From Planctomycetota bacterium (GTDB taxonomy: Bacteria; Planctomycetota; UBA8742; UBA2392), in the NCBI GenBank assembly GCA_020849795.1, contig JADZFR010000022.1, positions 62,879 to 126,878 on the forward strand: a stretch of 64,000 bases of DNA. Direction: 5' to 3'. Below, piece after piece: positions 45,687 to 55,091 of this stretch. Numbering within the stretch: position 1 is the stretch's first letter; the number at the start of each line of letters is the position of its first letter. The notes beneath the pieces were generated by a model. That model had not been told where the DNA came from. It made no database searches and saw only the letters and a program-made list of their open reading frames with translations. Position numbers and translations under genes: made by a program.

Positions 45687-46829
45687 CTACGGTACCCAGA
45701 TGGCCATGGGCTGGCCCGGGTACAGCCGCAACTGCGCCTGCAACCTGGCACTCATGCGCTCTTCGATGGCCATGGCCCCGGCCTTTTCCATGCGGTCAAG
45801 TTCTTCGGCGTTCAGGCCGAACAGCGCCCCCAGCCCGATTTCGCGCCCGTACTCGATCACCGTTGCATCGCTGACGCCGGCCAGCCTCTCAGCCGCTGCC
45901 ACCGCGTCGTCGAAGTAGCCGATCTCATCGATCAGGCCGATCTCCTTGGCCTGGGTTGCGCTTAGAACGCGGCCGTCGGCGTACTGTTCCCAGCCCGGCT
46001 TCAGCTTGGTGTCGCGGCCTTCCTTGACCACCGACTTGAAGGTGCCGTGCATTTCGTCGGCCAGGTCCTGCAGCAACTGGCGTCCCTGCTTGTACTCGTC
46101 GCTCTCGGGATCTCCGAACATGTTGCCCATGGCCTTGTTGCCGCCGGCCTTGATCGTGGCGTCTTGGCCCTTCACGATCTCGGTCAATGTGCCATGAAAG
46201 TTGAAGCCCTGGATGATTACCCCAATGCTTCCGGTCAGCGTGGTACGCTGCGCGACGATGTGATCGGCGGGCGCGGAAATGTAATAGCCGCCGCTGGCCG
46301 CCAGGTCTTTCATGTAGACGACGACGGGCTTTCCCGACTCTTTCTTGAACTCAAGGATCGCGTGGTGAATCGTGTCGCTGGCGGTCACGCCGCCACCCGG
46401 GCTATTTACCTCAAGGATGATCGCGACCACGTTGTCGTCTGCTTCGGCCTTGCGCAGGCTGTCGAGCGCCAGCGCGACAGGGTCGATGCCGCCGCCGAAC
46501 AAGCCGCCTCCTCCGCCTTCCATGATCACGCCTTCCACGGAAATGACGGCGATCTTGCTGGACGAGCCGGACTGGCGGCTGCGCTCAGTCAGGCCGTGGG
46601 GGTCGCCGCCGCCGCCCATCATGCCGGCGCCGGCGAACATGCCCATGAAGATCAGCAGGTTGAACCCGATCACGCCGATGAACAGCACCAGCCCCAGCGT
46701 GCGCCACACCCCCGTGCGCGGCCGCTGCATGCGATAACCTTGCATGGGCGCCATCCCCGGCTGGCCCGGCGGCGGCGGCGGCATGTACCCCGGCGGGGGC
46801 GGTGGGGGCGGGAAGTTCTGTGGTTCCAT
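45687..46829 (-). CDS. sppA: Signal peptide peptidase SppA (S49, 36K type) with a Pro-rich N-terminal extension
   Basis: S49 core (VVAIILEVNSPGGGVTAS, LAASGGYYISAPADHIVA, GSIGV). N-terminus MEPQNFPPPPPPPGYMPPPPPGQPG followed by a TM segment. ATG 46829 lies directly after the upstream stop. Confidence 0.85.
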   Translation of the reverse strand: MEPQNFPPPPPPPGYMPPPPPGQPGMAPMQGYRMQRPRTGVWRTLGLVLFIGVIGFNLLIFMGMFAGAGMMGGGGDPHGLTERSRQSGSSSKIAVISVEGVIMEGGGGGLFGGGIDPVALALDSLRKAEADDNVVAIILEVNSPGGGVTASDTIHHAILEFKKESGKPVVVYMKDLAASGGYYISAPADHIVAQRTTLTGSIGVIIQGFNFHGTLTEIVKGQDATIKAGGNKAMGNMFGDPESDEYKQGRQLLQDLADEMHGTFKSVVKEGRDTKLKPGWEQYADGRVLSATQAKEIGLIDEIGYFDDAVAAAERLAGVSDATVIEYGREIGLGALFGLNAEELDRMEKAGAMAIEERMSARLQAQLRLYPGQPMAIWVP

Positions 46830-46830
46830 A

Positions 46831-47289
46831 TCACACCTCCTGGGTGGCTCTGCGTTTGGGAATCTCGTCATTCAGGTACTTCAAGATGTCGCGCGTGTCT
46901 GTGCCCGGCCCGAAGATTCGACCAACGCCGAGCTGGGTGAGTTTGTCGATATCCGGCTGCGGCATTACTCCGCCGCCGAACAGGAGAATACTGTCCGCCT
47001 TGCTTTCTTTCAGCAACTCGAACACGCGGGCGAACAGCGTCATGTGCGCGCCCGACAACGAACTCAGCCCGACTGCGTCGGCGTCTTCCTGCAGCGCGGC
47101 ATGCACAATCATCTCGGGCGTCTGTCGCAGCCCGGTGTAAATCACCTCTACGCCCGCGTCACGCAGGCTGGCTGCGACCACCTTGGCGCCGCGGTCATGG
47201 CCATCCAGCCCGGCCTTCGCCACCAGCACCCGAAAGGGTCGTTGTGCACTCACGCTCGATGATTCCGTACTCGCCATGCGTGGTTTCAT
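46831..47289 (-). CDS. Stand-alone cobalamin (B12)-binding domain protein (methylmalonyl-CoA-mutase C-terminal-domain-like)
   Basis: [20 protein letters not shown] contains the DxHxxG B12-binding motif, on a Rossmann-like fold. 152 aa. Confidence 0.8.
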   Translation of the reverse strand: MKPRMASTESSSVSAQRPFRVLVAKAGLDGHDRGAKVVAASLRDAGVEVIYTGLRQTPEMIVHAALQEDADAVGLSSLSGAHMTLFARVFELLKESKADSILLFGGGVMPQPDIDKLTQLGVGRIFGPGTDTRDILKYLNDEIPKRRATQEV

Positions 47290-48158
47290 CCTGCTATGAA
47301 CTGCTCTTTGGCGTTGTAGCTGCTGCGGACAAAGGGCCCGCTGGCAACCTTGGGAAAGCCTAACGCAAGCGCTTCCTGCTTCATTTCCTCGAACTCGCCC
47401 GGTTCGTAGTACCTTGCAACTTCGGCCAGGCCGGGCGCAGGTTTCAGGTATTGACCAATGGTCAGCATGTCCACGCCGTGCTCACGCAACTCCTGCATGG
47501 TTTGCCGGATTTCGGCCCGTGACTCGCCCAGCCCGACCATGAGTCCGCTCTTGGTGGTCATGCCAGGCGCGTTCTGTTTTACGTGCCGCAGCAGAAACAG
47601 GCTTCGGTCATAGCGCTTGCTGGGCTGAATCGATCGAAACAGCGACGGCACGACTTCGATGTTGTGATTGTAGATGTGAGGACCCGCGGCCATCACCGTT
47701 TCGATCTGCGAGGCCACGGATTGAAAGTCCGGGGTCAGCACTTCCACCGTTGCCCCGGGCAACGCGGCCTTTACGGCAGTGATTACATCTGCCCAATGTT
47801 TGCTGCCGCCGTCGGGCAGGTCGTCGCGATCTACGCTGGTGATCACGACGTGCTCAAGGCGCATGGCCTTGGCCGAGTCCGCCAGCCGCCTGGGCTCGTC
47901 CATGTCCGGCGGCGCCGGTGGTCGGCCGCTGATCACGCTGCAGAACCGGCATGAACGGGTGCAGACATCGCCCAGGATCATGAACGTTGCCGTGCCGTGA
48001 CTGAAGCACTGCGCCTTGTTGGGGCAGTTTGCCTCTTCGCACACGGTGTTCAGGTGCTGCTCGCGCAGCAAACCCTCAAGAGGCTTCTGGCCACCGCTGC
48101 GGGGCAGGGCGCGTTTCAACCACGGTGGAAGGCGACGGGGTCTTGAAGTTATTGCCAT
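47286..48158 (-). CDS. lipA: Lipoyl synthase
   Basis: [12 protein letters not shown] and radical-SAM CTRSCRFC cysteine clusters. C-terminal RSSY. Confidence 0.93.
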   Translation of the reverse strand: MAITSRPRRLPPWLKRALPRSGGQKPLEGLLREQHLNTVCEEANCPNKAQCFSHGTATFMILGDVCTRSCRFCSVISGRPPAPPDMDEPRRLADSAKAMRLEHVVITSVDRDDLPDGGSKHWADVITAVKAALPGATVEVLTPDFQSVASQIETVMAAGPHIYNHNIEVVPSLFRSIQPSKRYDRSLFLLRHVKQNAPGMTTKSGLMVGLGESRAEIRQTMQELREHGVDMLTIGQYLKPAPGLAEVARYYEPGEFEEMKQEALALGFPKVASGPFVRSSYNAKEQFIAG

Positions 48159-48254
48159 AGATGGAATATAGCGGCCCGCCGATGAACGGGTAGCGTTTGC
48201 ACATTAGTCGCAGCGTCCTATTCTCGGCGTGTCAGTCCATAGCCGGAGATCCCC

Positions 48255-49382
48255 ATGGAGTTGAAAGCCCGCCTGCAAGCCCTCGCAACTCTGGAGGCGC
48301 AGTACCCGCACGTACTTTCGGTGTATCTGCGCTGCCGCGAGGGCGGCCACGACCGTCGCAAGGAAAACCTGATCTTTGTCAAGAACCGTGCTGCAGAGCT
48401 TGAGCGCGTGCTCGGCGATGACAAGCGGGGTATCGACTTCTTGCGCAAGGGCATCGCCCAGGCCGAACTGATTCGAAGCCAGGACCTGAGCCCCAGCGTG
48501 ATCGGCCTTGCCTTGTTTCTCAAGGGTGGCGAGGTGATTGAGCGTTTCGAAACATCGATCCCGTTTGAAGACCAGGTTGCTTATCGCCGCTATCCGTTTA
48601 TCAGCCAGCTTGCGTTCATTGGCGAAGAGTTTGAGCCCTACGCCGTCGTGCACCTCGACAGCCGCAGCGCCCGCATTTTCGAAGTCGCGCTTGGTGAACT
48701 GGTGGACACGAGTGACATCAAGAATGAAGTGCATCGCCGCATCCATCGCGGCGGCTGGTCACAGATGCGCTTTCAGCGCGGCATTGAGGGTGAAAAGCAC
48801 GCGCACATCCAGGAAGTTGCGGACATGCTCGCGCAACTGGTATCGAAGCACCGGTACAAGCGCGTCGTGGTGATCGGTCCAGACAAACCACGCAGCATTC
48901 TGAAGGCGGCACTGACGTCCGACGTGGCCCGGCGGGTGATTGACGGTGAGCGCGTGGATTCGCGCGCCGCTGACCATGAACTGCTGCAGACCGCGGTGGA
49001 CTACTTCCGCAAGGCGGAAGACGAAGAAGAAAACGCCAAGATGGAACGCGTGGTGCGTGAGATTCACAGCAGCACCATGGGGGTCAGCGGCCTTGAGGAC
49101 ACGCTGACCTACCTGTCGCGCGGCCAGGCGTACGAGGTGCTGCTGCCCTTCGACCTCAAGCGCCAGGGCGCGCACTGCAACCAGTGCGGCATGATTTTCA
49201 AGGACCCGACGAAAGTCTGCCACGCTTGCGAGAGCAAGGACATCATTGACGTTGACCTGAAAGAGGTGGTCACGCGGACGGCAGTGAAGTTCGGGACGCA
49301 CCTTGAGTTCGTGAAGAATCACGGGTTTACGAGCAAGCTCGGTGGTGCTGCGGCGCTGCTGCGTTCACCGCGAATGTCATAG
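48255..49382 (+). CDS. Bacterial eRF1/Pelota-like (baeRF-type) protein with a zinc-ribbon insert; GGQ loop reads GGW
   Basis: HRRIHRGGWSQMRFQRGIEGEKHAHIQEVAD parallels the eRF1 M-domain [20 protein letters not shown].RKVAE. The C-terminal domain (GVSGLEDTLTYLSRGQAYEVLL...LGGAAALLR) is eRF1_3-like with a CNQCG...CHAC insert. Confidence 0.65.
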   Translation: MELKARLQALATLEAQYPHVLSVYLRCREGGHDRRKENLIFVKNRAAELERVLGDDKRGIDFLRKGIAQAELIRSQDLSPSVIGLALFLKGGEVIERFETSIPFEDQVAYRRYPFISQLAFIGEEFEPYAVVHLDSRSARIFEVALGELVDTSDIKNEVHRRIHRGGWSQMRFQRGIEGEKHAHIQEVADMLAQLVSKHRYKRVVVIGPDKPRSILKAALTSDVARRVIDGERVDSRAADHELLQTAVDYFRKAEDEEENAKMERVVREIHSSTMGVSGLEDTLTYLSRGQAYEVLLPFDLKRQGAHCNQCGMIFKDPTKVCHACESKDIIDVDLKEVVTRTAVKFGTHLEFVKNHGFTSKLGGAAALLRSPRMS

Positions 49383-49391
49383 GCACAAAAG

Positions 49392-50792
49392 CTAGGCGTC
49401 TGGTTCGCCGACCAGGGCCTGGACCTGCGCAAACTTCTCCTGCAACTGCGAGGCAGTTTGTGCCTCCATGTTCAGGCGGATCAGCGGCTCGGTGTTGCTG
49501 GCGCGCAGATTCATCCACCAGTCGGGGAATTCTACGGTCACGCCATCGAGGTGATCGATCTTTGCGTCGGCAAACGCCTCTTGAACCTTCTGGAAGACAC
49601 CTTCCTTGTCCTTCACTCTGAAGTTGATTTCGCCGGTCTGGGCATACTTGCGATACGGGCGCACCAGCTCGCCCAGTTTGGCGCCAGTGATGCCCAAGGC
49701 GTTCAGCACTTCGATGACCGCGATGATCGCGCTGTCGGCGTACCAGTTGTCCTTGAAGTAATAGTGCCCTGCAAGTTCGCCGCCGAACACGCAGCCGATC
49801 TTGCGCATCGTCGCCTTCATGTAGCTGTGCCCGACCCGTTCGCGCACCGCCCGGCCGCCGGCTGCGGCAACGGTTTCCGCGACAATCCGGCTGCTGCGCA
49901 GGTCGTACAGAATGGGCGCGCCCTTGTGACGCTTGAGCATTTCGGCAGCAATCAGCGCCGTGACGATGTCCTGACCGACTGGTGTGCCGGTCTCGTCGAT
50001 GAACACGGCGCGGTCAGCATCGCCATCCAGCGCTATCCCCAACAAGCATTGGCGCTGTCGCACCAGCTCGCACAAGGGTTTCAAGTTGTCAAGCCGGCTG
50101 GGGTTGGCTTCGTGGTTCGGAAAGGTGCCGTCAAACTCACCGTTGATGACGTGCAGGTCCAGGCCCAGTGACCGCAGAAAGCCAAGGTACACGCCGCCCA
50201 TGCCATTCGCGGTATCTACGGCGACCTTCAGCTTTTCCGGTGTGCGTTTCACAAATCGGCGCAGGTGGGCCATATAGCCGGCAAACACACGCGGGCTGAA
50301 GCCCAGGGGCGCGAACAGGCCCTCGGGTGCCTCGCCATCAAGCAGCTGCACCACCGGCTTATGTTGCCAGACCGGCGGCGGTTCGTGCGCCGTGGCGGCG
50401 TATGCTTCGATGTCGGCCAGGCCGGTATCGCCGGCAATCGGGACTGCGTCTTCGCGGCAGAACTTGATGCCATTGTATCGTGCCGGGTTGTGGCTGGCGG
50501 TGATCATTGCGCCGCCATGGTTGCCCGGTTCACCGGCCACGGCCCAGTACAGCATGGGTGTGCTGCACGGCCCGATGAAGCGCGCCTCGGCGCCGCCTGT
50601 TGCCAGGCCGTCCATGAATGCGGCGGCAAGCGCCGGGCCCGACGGGCGTGCATCCATGCCGACAACGACCCGCGGGGCAGTGGTGTCCTCAGACAACAGC
50701 TTGGCAAACCCATAGCCGATGCGAAATGCAATCGGCGGGTTCAACTGGTCCGGCACCACGCCGCGAACGTCATACGCCTTGAAAAGCCCCAT
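49392..50792 (-). CDS. Phosphomannomutase/phosphoglucomutase (alpha-D-phosphohexomutase family)
   Basis: FKAYDVRG, active-site TASHNPARYNGIKF, metal loop DGDADR. Confidence 0.9.
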   Translation of the reverse strand: MGLFKAYDVRGVVPDQLNPPIAFRIGYGFAKLLSEDTTAPRVVVGMDARPSGPALAAAFMDGLATGGAEARFIGPCSTPMLYWAVAGEPGNHGGAMITASHNPARYNGIKFCREDAVPIAGDTGLADIEAYAATAHEPPPVWQHKPVVQLLDGEAPEGLFAPLGFSPRVFAGYMAHLRRFVKRTPEKLKVAVDTANGMGGVYLGFLRSLGLDLHVINGEFDGTFPNHEANPSRLDNLKPLCELVRQRQCLLGIALDGDADRAVFIDETGTPVGQDIVTALIAAEMLKRHKGAPILYDLRSSRIVAETVAAAGGRAVRERVGHSYMKATMRKIGCVFGGELAGHYYFKDNWYADSAIIAVIEVLNALGITGAKLGELVRPYRKYAQTGEINFRVKDKEGVFQKVQEAFADAKIDHLDGVTVEFPDWWMNLRASNTEPLIRLNMEAQTASQLQEKFAQVQALVGEPDA

Positions 50793-50903
50793 GCGCTCTC
50801 CCGGATGCGTGGTGGCAGTCTAGTCCCGAACCGGAGTCGCGCTACTGGCCTTTACATCCGGCGCGCAGGGGGCATATTTCCGGGCGTTGATGAGGATAGC
50901 GAC

Positions 50904-51932
50904 ATGACCACAGACATCCGCGGGCGCGACTTTCTCCGACTGGCAGATTTCGAGATCAGCGAAATCAACGACATCCTGGACCTTGCCGCCGAGATGAAGC
51001 GCGAGCAGCGGCACTGGAGCCTCAGGGGGCGCACCATCATCATGCTGTTCTTCAACAGCAGCTTGCGCACACGCACCAGCTTTGAGATCGGGGCCGCACA
51101 GTTGCAGGCGCACCCGGTTGTGTTGAATGTCGGCCAGGACGCCTGGAACCTTGAATGGCGCGAAGGCGTCGTGATGAACGGCGACAGCCCTGAGCACATC
51201 AAGGACGCTGCCCGTACTTTGTCACGCTACGGCGACGCGCTGGCCGTGCGCAGTTTTCCCAAACTGAAAAGCTACGAGGAAGACCGCACCGACCCGATTC
51301 TCAGCAGCTTCGCAAAGTATGCCAGCTTGCCGCTGGTAAACCTGGAAAGCGCAGTGGAGCACCCGTGCCAGGGGTTGGCAGACCTGATGACCCTGCGCGA
51401 GATCTTCAACCAGAAGACGCGCCGCAAGAAAGTCGTGCTTTCCTGGGCCCCGCACGTGAAGCCACTTCCGCTTGCGGTGCCGCACAGCTTTCTGCTGGCG
51501 GCAGCAATGGGCGGCTGTGACGTCACAGTCGCGCACCCGCCGAAGTTTGAGCTTGCCCCGGAAGTGATGGAGCAGGCGCAGCAAATTGCGGCAAAGTCGG
51601 GCGGCACCGTAAAGGTCAGCCACAATCAGGACGAGGCGTTCAAGGGCGCCGAAGTCATTTACGCCAAGAGCTGGCTGTCGCGCGAGTACTATGGCAAGCC
51701 GGTGGAGGAATTTGCCTACCGGAACACCCTGCCCTCATGGACAGTCAGCGAATCCAAAATGGGGCAGACCAATCGCGCGAAGTTCATGCATTGCCTGCCA
51801 ATTCGTCGCAACGTCGTAGCCACCGACGGCGTGCTGGATGATGACGATTGCGTCATTTACCAGCAGGCCGAGAATCGCCTGCACGCGCAGAAGGCGTTGC
51901 TGGTGAAGCTGCTGGGTGAAAGCTCGTCGTAA
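50904..51932 (+). CDS. argF': N-acetylornithine carbamoyltransferase-like transcarbamylase
   Basis: FFNSSLRTRTSFE, HPCQ, HCLPIRRN. The overall similarity is to my recollection of Xanthomonas AOTCase (DAW..E...G.VM.G...EHI, SFAKY, AENRLHAQKA). Start trimmed from 50265 to ATG 50904. Confidence 0.8.
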   Translation: MTTDIRGRDFLRLADFEISEINDILDLAAEMKREQRHWSLRGRTIIMLFFNSSLRTRTSFEIGAAQLQAHPVVLNVGQDAWNLEWREGVVMNGDSPEHIKDAARTLSRYGDALAVRSFPKLKSYEEDRTDPILSSFAKYASLPLVNLESAVEHPCQGLADLMTLREIFNQKTRRKKVVLSWAPHVKPLPLAVPHSFLLAAAMGGCDVTVAHPPKFELAPEVMEQAQQIAAKSGGTVKVSHNQDEAFKGAEVIYAKSWLSREYYGKPVEEFAYRNTLPSWTVSESKMGQTNRAKFMHCLPIRRNVVATDGVLDDDDCVIYQQAENRLHAQKALLVKLLGESSS

Positions 51933-51974
51933 TCGCGGAGTGTCGTCGCTAGACTCCCGGACCACGGAGGCAAC

Positions 51975-53570
51975 ATGGGCACCCTACGAAGCTTCGCATC
52001 GATCGCTTTGCTGCTGACACTGGCATTCGTTGCCGCATGCAGCGAATCAGAAGAACAGAAGGCGCAGCGCGCGGCCGAAATGGTCGCCACCGCAGAAAAA
52101 CATCACGATTTCGGCGAACACGACAAAGCCATCGAGCTGTGCACCCAGGCGCTTGAAATCAGCGCCAGCCTGGGTAGCGCACACTCGGTGCGCAGCCGTG
52201 CCTACCTCAAGAAAGGCATGCTGACAGAGGCGGAAGCAGACATCGCCCGCTGGATCGAGCTGGACGGCGGACCAGACGCCCTGATTGCGATGGCCAAGTT
52301 CAAGAACATGATGGGCGACAACAAGGCAGCGCTTGATCTGGTCAAGAAGGCACGCGAAGCCGACCCCGCCGACCCCAAGGTGATGGGTTGGGACGCCTAC
52401 TTCATGTTCCTGAACCGGCAGGAGAAAGAAGCCTTTGAGCTGGCCAAAGAGGCCGTTCGGCTGGACCGGTACAATCTTGCCGGGCACATGGCACTGGGCG
52501 AGTATCTGCTGCGCCGCGGCGAGCTTGCGATTGCAGCAAGTGAAGCCGCCGCCGCAAAATCTGTGGACCCAGCCGCCGAGGAACCGTTGATTCTGCTGGG
52601 CCGCACACAGCTTGCGCTGGAGAACGTTTCCGGCGCGAAGAGCGAACTTACGAGCGCAACCACAAACAATCCCTACAGCACCCGGGCCTGGATTGCCCTT
52701 GCCGTGTGCCATGCGCGCGCTGGCAGCGCAGATGACGCGCAGTCCGCACTTGCCAAGGCAGAGGGCCTGCAGGCAGAGGCTTTCGCAGCGCAGATTCTTG
52801 TGGCCAAGGCTGAGATTGCCTTTTCATCCGGCAAGCATGAAGAAGCGTCAAAGCAGGTTGACGCCGCCGCCCAGAAGGGTTCAGACGACGACCGTATCTG
52901 GACCATCCTCGGCACGATTCGGCTGATGAGCAAGGAACTTGCCAAGGGCATCACCGAGCTCGACGCAGCGATCAAGAAGCAGTCCAGCGCGGAGTTGTTG
53001 ACGCAGCGTGGCATGCTTCGACTGTTGAGCGGCAACAGCAAGGGTGCGTACGAAGACGCCCGCGCAGCCGTCAAGCTTGAGCCCAAGCGAACAGCGGTGA
53101 AGCTGCTGCAGGGGCATGCAGCCTTCGCCCAAGGCAAATTTGGCGAGGCGGCGAATGCATATTCTTATGCCGCATCCGCTGCGCCCGGCTCCATGCACGC
53201 CCGGGCGTGCTATTTTCTGGCATGGAATCACGTCAAGTATGAGGACCTGCAGGAGGAACTGAAAGAAGGCAGCAAGCGTTCGACCGAACTGCTGGACACC
53301 ATTGAAGAGTTTGAACTGCGGGTTACCACCAGCCAAAGCCCGGGGCGTGACCACTACGGATTAGCGGCTCTGTACGCGGCAGCCCTGCAAATTGACGACA
53401 TGCGCCTTGAGAAGAAACCTGTGCGCAAGTCGGATGAGGAGCGGAAAAAGGCTTTGGAGCACCTGAGGAAAGCCCGAGAAGCCGGCTACAGCAATCGACT
53501 TTGGTGGGACTTTGACCCCTGCCTGAAGACATTGCGTGGGGACCCGGCCTTCAAGGAGATCTGGCCGTAG
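51975..53570 (+). CDS. TPR-repeat lipoprotein
   Basis: Lipobox LLLTLAFVAAC. TPR repeats throughout. Confidence 0.65.
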   Translation: MGTLRSFASIALLLTLAFVAACSESEEQKAQRAAEMVATAEKHHDFGEHDKAIELCTQALEISASLGSAHSVRSRAYLKKGMLTEAEADIARWIELDGGPDALIAMAKFKNMMGDNKAALDLVKKAREADPADPKVMGWDAYFMFLNRQEKEAFELAKEAVRLDRYNLAGHMALGEYLLRRGELAIAASEAAAAKSVDPAAEEPLILLGRTQLALENVSGAKSELTSATTNNPYSTRAWIALAVCHARAGSADDAQSALAKAEGLQAEAFAAQILVAKAEIAFSSGKHEEASKQVDAAAQKGSDDDRIWTILGTIRLMSKELAKGITELDAAIKKQSSAELLTQRGMLRLLSGNSKGAYEDARAAVKLEPKRTAVKLLQGHAAFAQGKFGEAANAYSYAASAAPGSMHARACYFLAWNHVKYEDLQEELKEGSKRSTELLDTIEEFELRVTTSQSPGRDHYGLAALYAAALQIDDMRLEKKPVRKSDEERKKALEHLRKAREAGYSNRLWWDFDPCLKTLRGDPAFKEIWP

Positions 53571-53590
53571 AGTTGAGGTGTGGATCCAGA

Positions 53591-53622
53591 AAAGCGGGCG
53601 GGCCATCAGGCCCGCCCGTTTT
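53591..53622. terminator. Bidirectional intrinsic terminator
   Basis: aaaagcgggcgggcc-atca-ggcccgcccgtttt: a 10-bp GC stem flanked by A and T runs. Confidence 0.75.
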
Positions 53623-53634
53623 GCAGGGCTTGCG

Positions 53635-54528
53635 TTACTTGCGTTCAATCAGCACCGAGCACTTGGCGCGCCGCACGACCTTGTCGGCGACGCTGCCCAT
53701 CAGCGCGCGCTCGACGCCGGTGCGGCCGTGGCTGCCCATCACGATCAGGTCGCAATGGTTGGCTTCGGCAAATGCGCAAATCTGCTTGCCTGGCTCGCCG
53801 CGCTTGACGGCGCCAATCGTCTCGAAGTTTTGAAGCAATTCCGCGGGCAGCTGCTTCTTCATTTCATCAAGAGCGTGCCTGCGCAGTTCCTTCAAAATGA
53901 TCGTGCGCTCGTCTTCAACGTGAGTGGTGACGAGGCTGTCGTCCACCACGTGCAGGACAAACAGCTCTGCGTCCATGTCCTCGGTCAGGGCGATGGCGCG
54001 GGCCAGGGCCTTTCCGGCGGTCTTGCTGAAGTCGGTGGGAAACAGAATGCGCGAAAACGGCTTGGCCTTCTTCTTGGGGTGTTTGACCGTGCCCTTCGGC
54101 TTCTTGGTGACAATCACGGGGCATGTGGCGCTATGCAGCACGCGGTCAGCCACACTGCCCAGAAAGAAGCGCGCAATCGCGCCGTGGCCTTGCGTGCCGA
54201 TGACAATCAGGTCGGCGCCGTGACGCTTGGCGTGCTCCACCACTTCCGTGGCCGGGTTGCCGGACAACACATAGCGATTGACTTGAAGGGCGCTGGCCGC
54301 GGCGGGAAGCTTGGCGCGGCGAAGCGCGTCTTCGGCGCCGCTCAGCAACTCTTTGGAAAGCGACGCAAACGGATACCCGGCATACGCGTACACCGTGGCA
54401 TCGACCGCATTAACGAGGTCGATGGCTGACTTGTAGTAGGCGGCGATCTCGGCGCCGAGGTTCAGGGCCGTCTGTGCTGTATCGCTGAAATCAGTCGGGA
54501 TAACGACGCGCTCGAATTTGCTCTTCAT
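53635..54528 (-). CDS. Universal stress protein, tandem Usp domains
   Basis: Two Usp modules, each ending in G..G......LGSVA..V...A.CPV..V. Confidence 0.85.
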   Translation of the reverse strand: MKSKFERVVIPTDFSDTAQTALNLGAEIAAYYKSAIDLVNAVDATVYAYAGYPFASLSKELLSGAEDALRRAKLPAAASALQVNRYVLSGNPATEVVEHAKRHGADLIVIGTQGHGAIARFFLGSVADRVLHSATCPVIVTKKPKGTVKHPKKKAKPFSRILFPTDFSKTAGKALARAIALTEDMDAELFVLHVVDDSLVTTHVEDERTIILKELRRHALDEMKKQLPAELLQNFETIGAVKRGEPGKQICAFAEANHCDLIVMGSHGRTGVERALMGSVADKVVRRAKCSVLIERK

Positions 54529-54617
54529 GGACGGGCCCTCAGGATCCGCGAAGACTCTATAACCCGCGAGTGGGCCTTCAACCTTCCGTGCAAACTCCCC
54601 CGTGCTAACATCCCGCT

Positions 54618-55091
54618 ATGGCGCGCTTGGGATTGCTGTTGCTGGTGGGTGTTCTGCTGTCGGGCTGCGTGGAGCGCCGCATTTATGTGCGTTCTGACCC
54701 GCCCGGCGCCGACGTGTACATTGACGGCGAGTTTGTCGGCAAGACCCGCGACGCTAAAGACCCGGAAGGTCCATTTTACGTCAACTTCATCTACTACGGA
54801 ACCCGCGAGTACACCCTGCGCAAACCGGGCTTTCAGACTGTCAGCGGCTCGGTCAAGCTTGAGGTGCCCTGGTACGAGTATCCGCCCATCGACTTCTTCG
54901 CCGAGGTGCTGACGCCCTGGATCATCGTGGACGAGCATTACGTTGAGGTCAAACTGGAGCCCGCCAAGCCGGCCGACGTAGCCGACCTCTACCGCAAAGC
55001 GCGCGCGTACCGCGACATGTCGCGTCCCGAGGACAGGTTTGAATACAAGGACATGTGGGCGCCGAAGCCGCCCGCGCCGCCACAGGAATGA
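54618..55091 (+). CDS. PEGA-domain lipoprotein
   Basis: Lipobox LLVGVLLSGC, then VRSDPPGADVYIDGEFVGKT (PEGA motif). Confidence 0.7.
   Translation: MARLGLLLLVGVLLSGCVERRIYVRSDPPGADVYIDGEFVGKTRDAKDPEGPFYVNFIYYGTREYTLRKPGFQTVSGSVKLEVPWYEYPPIDFFAEVLTPWIIVDEHYVEVKLEPAKPADVADLYRKARAYRDMSRPEDRFEYKDMWAPKPPAPPQE

Noticed and set aside
46730-46829. PPGY (PPxY-type late-domain-like) motif in the Pro-rich N-terminus of SppA. This was tempting given the ESCRT-like cluster.
   Set aside because: It is embedded in a low-complexity poly-Pro run where PPxY arises trivially. The window contains no WW-domain or Nedd4-like genes.
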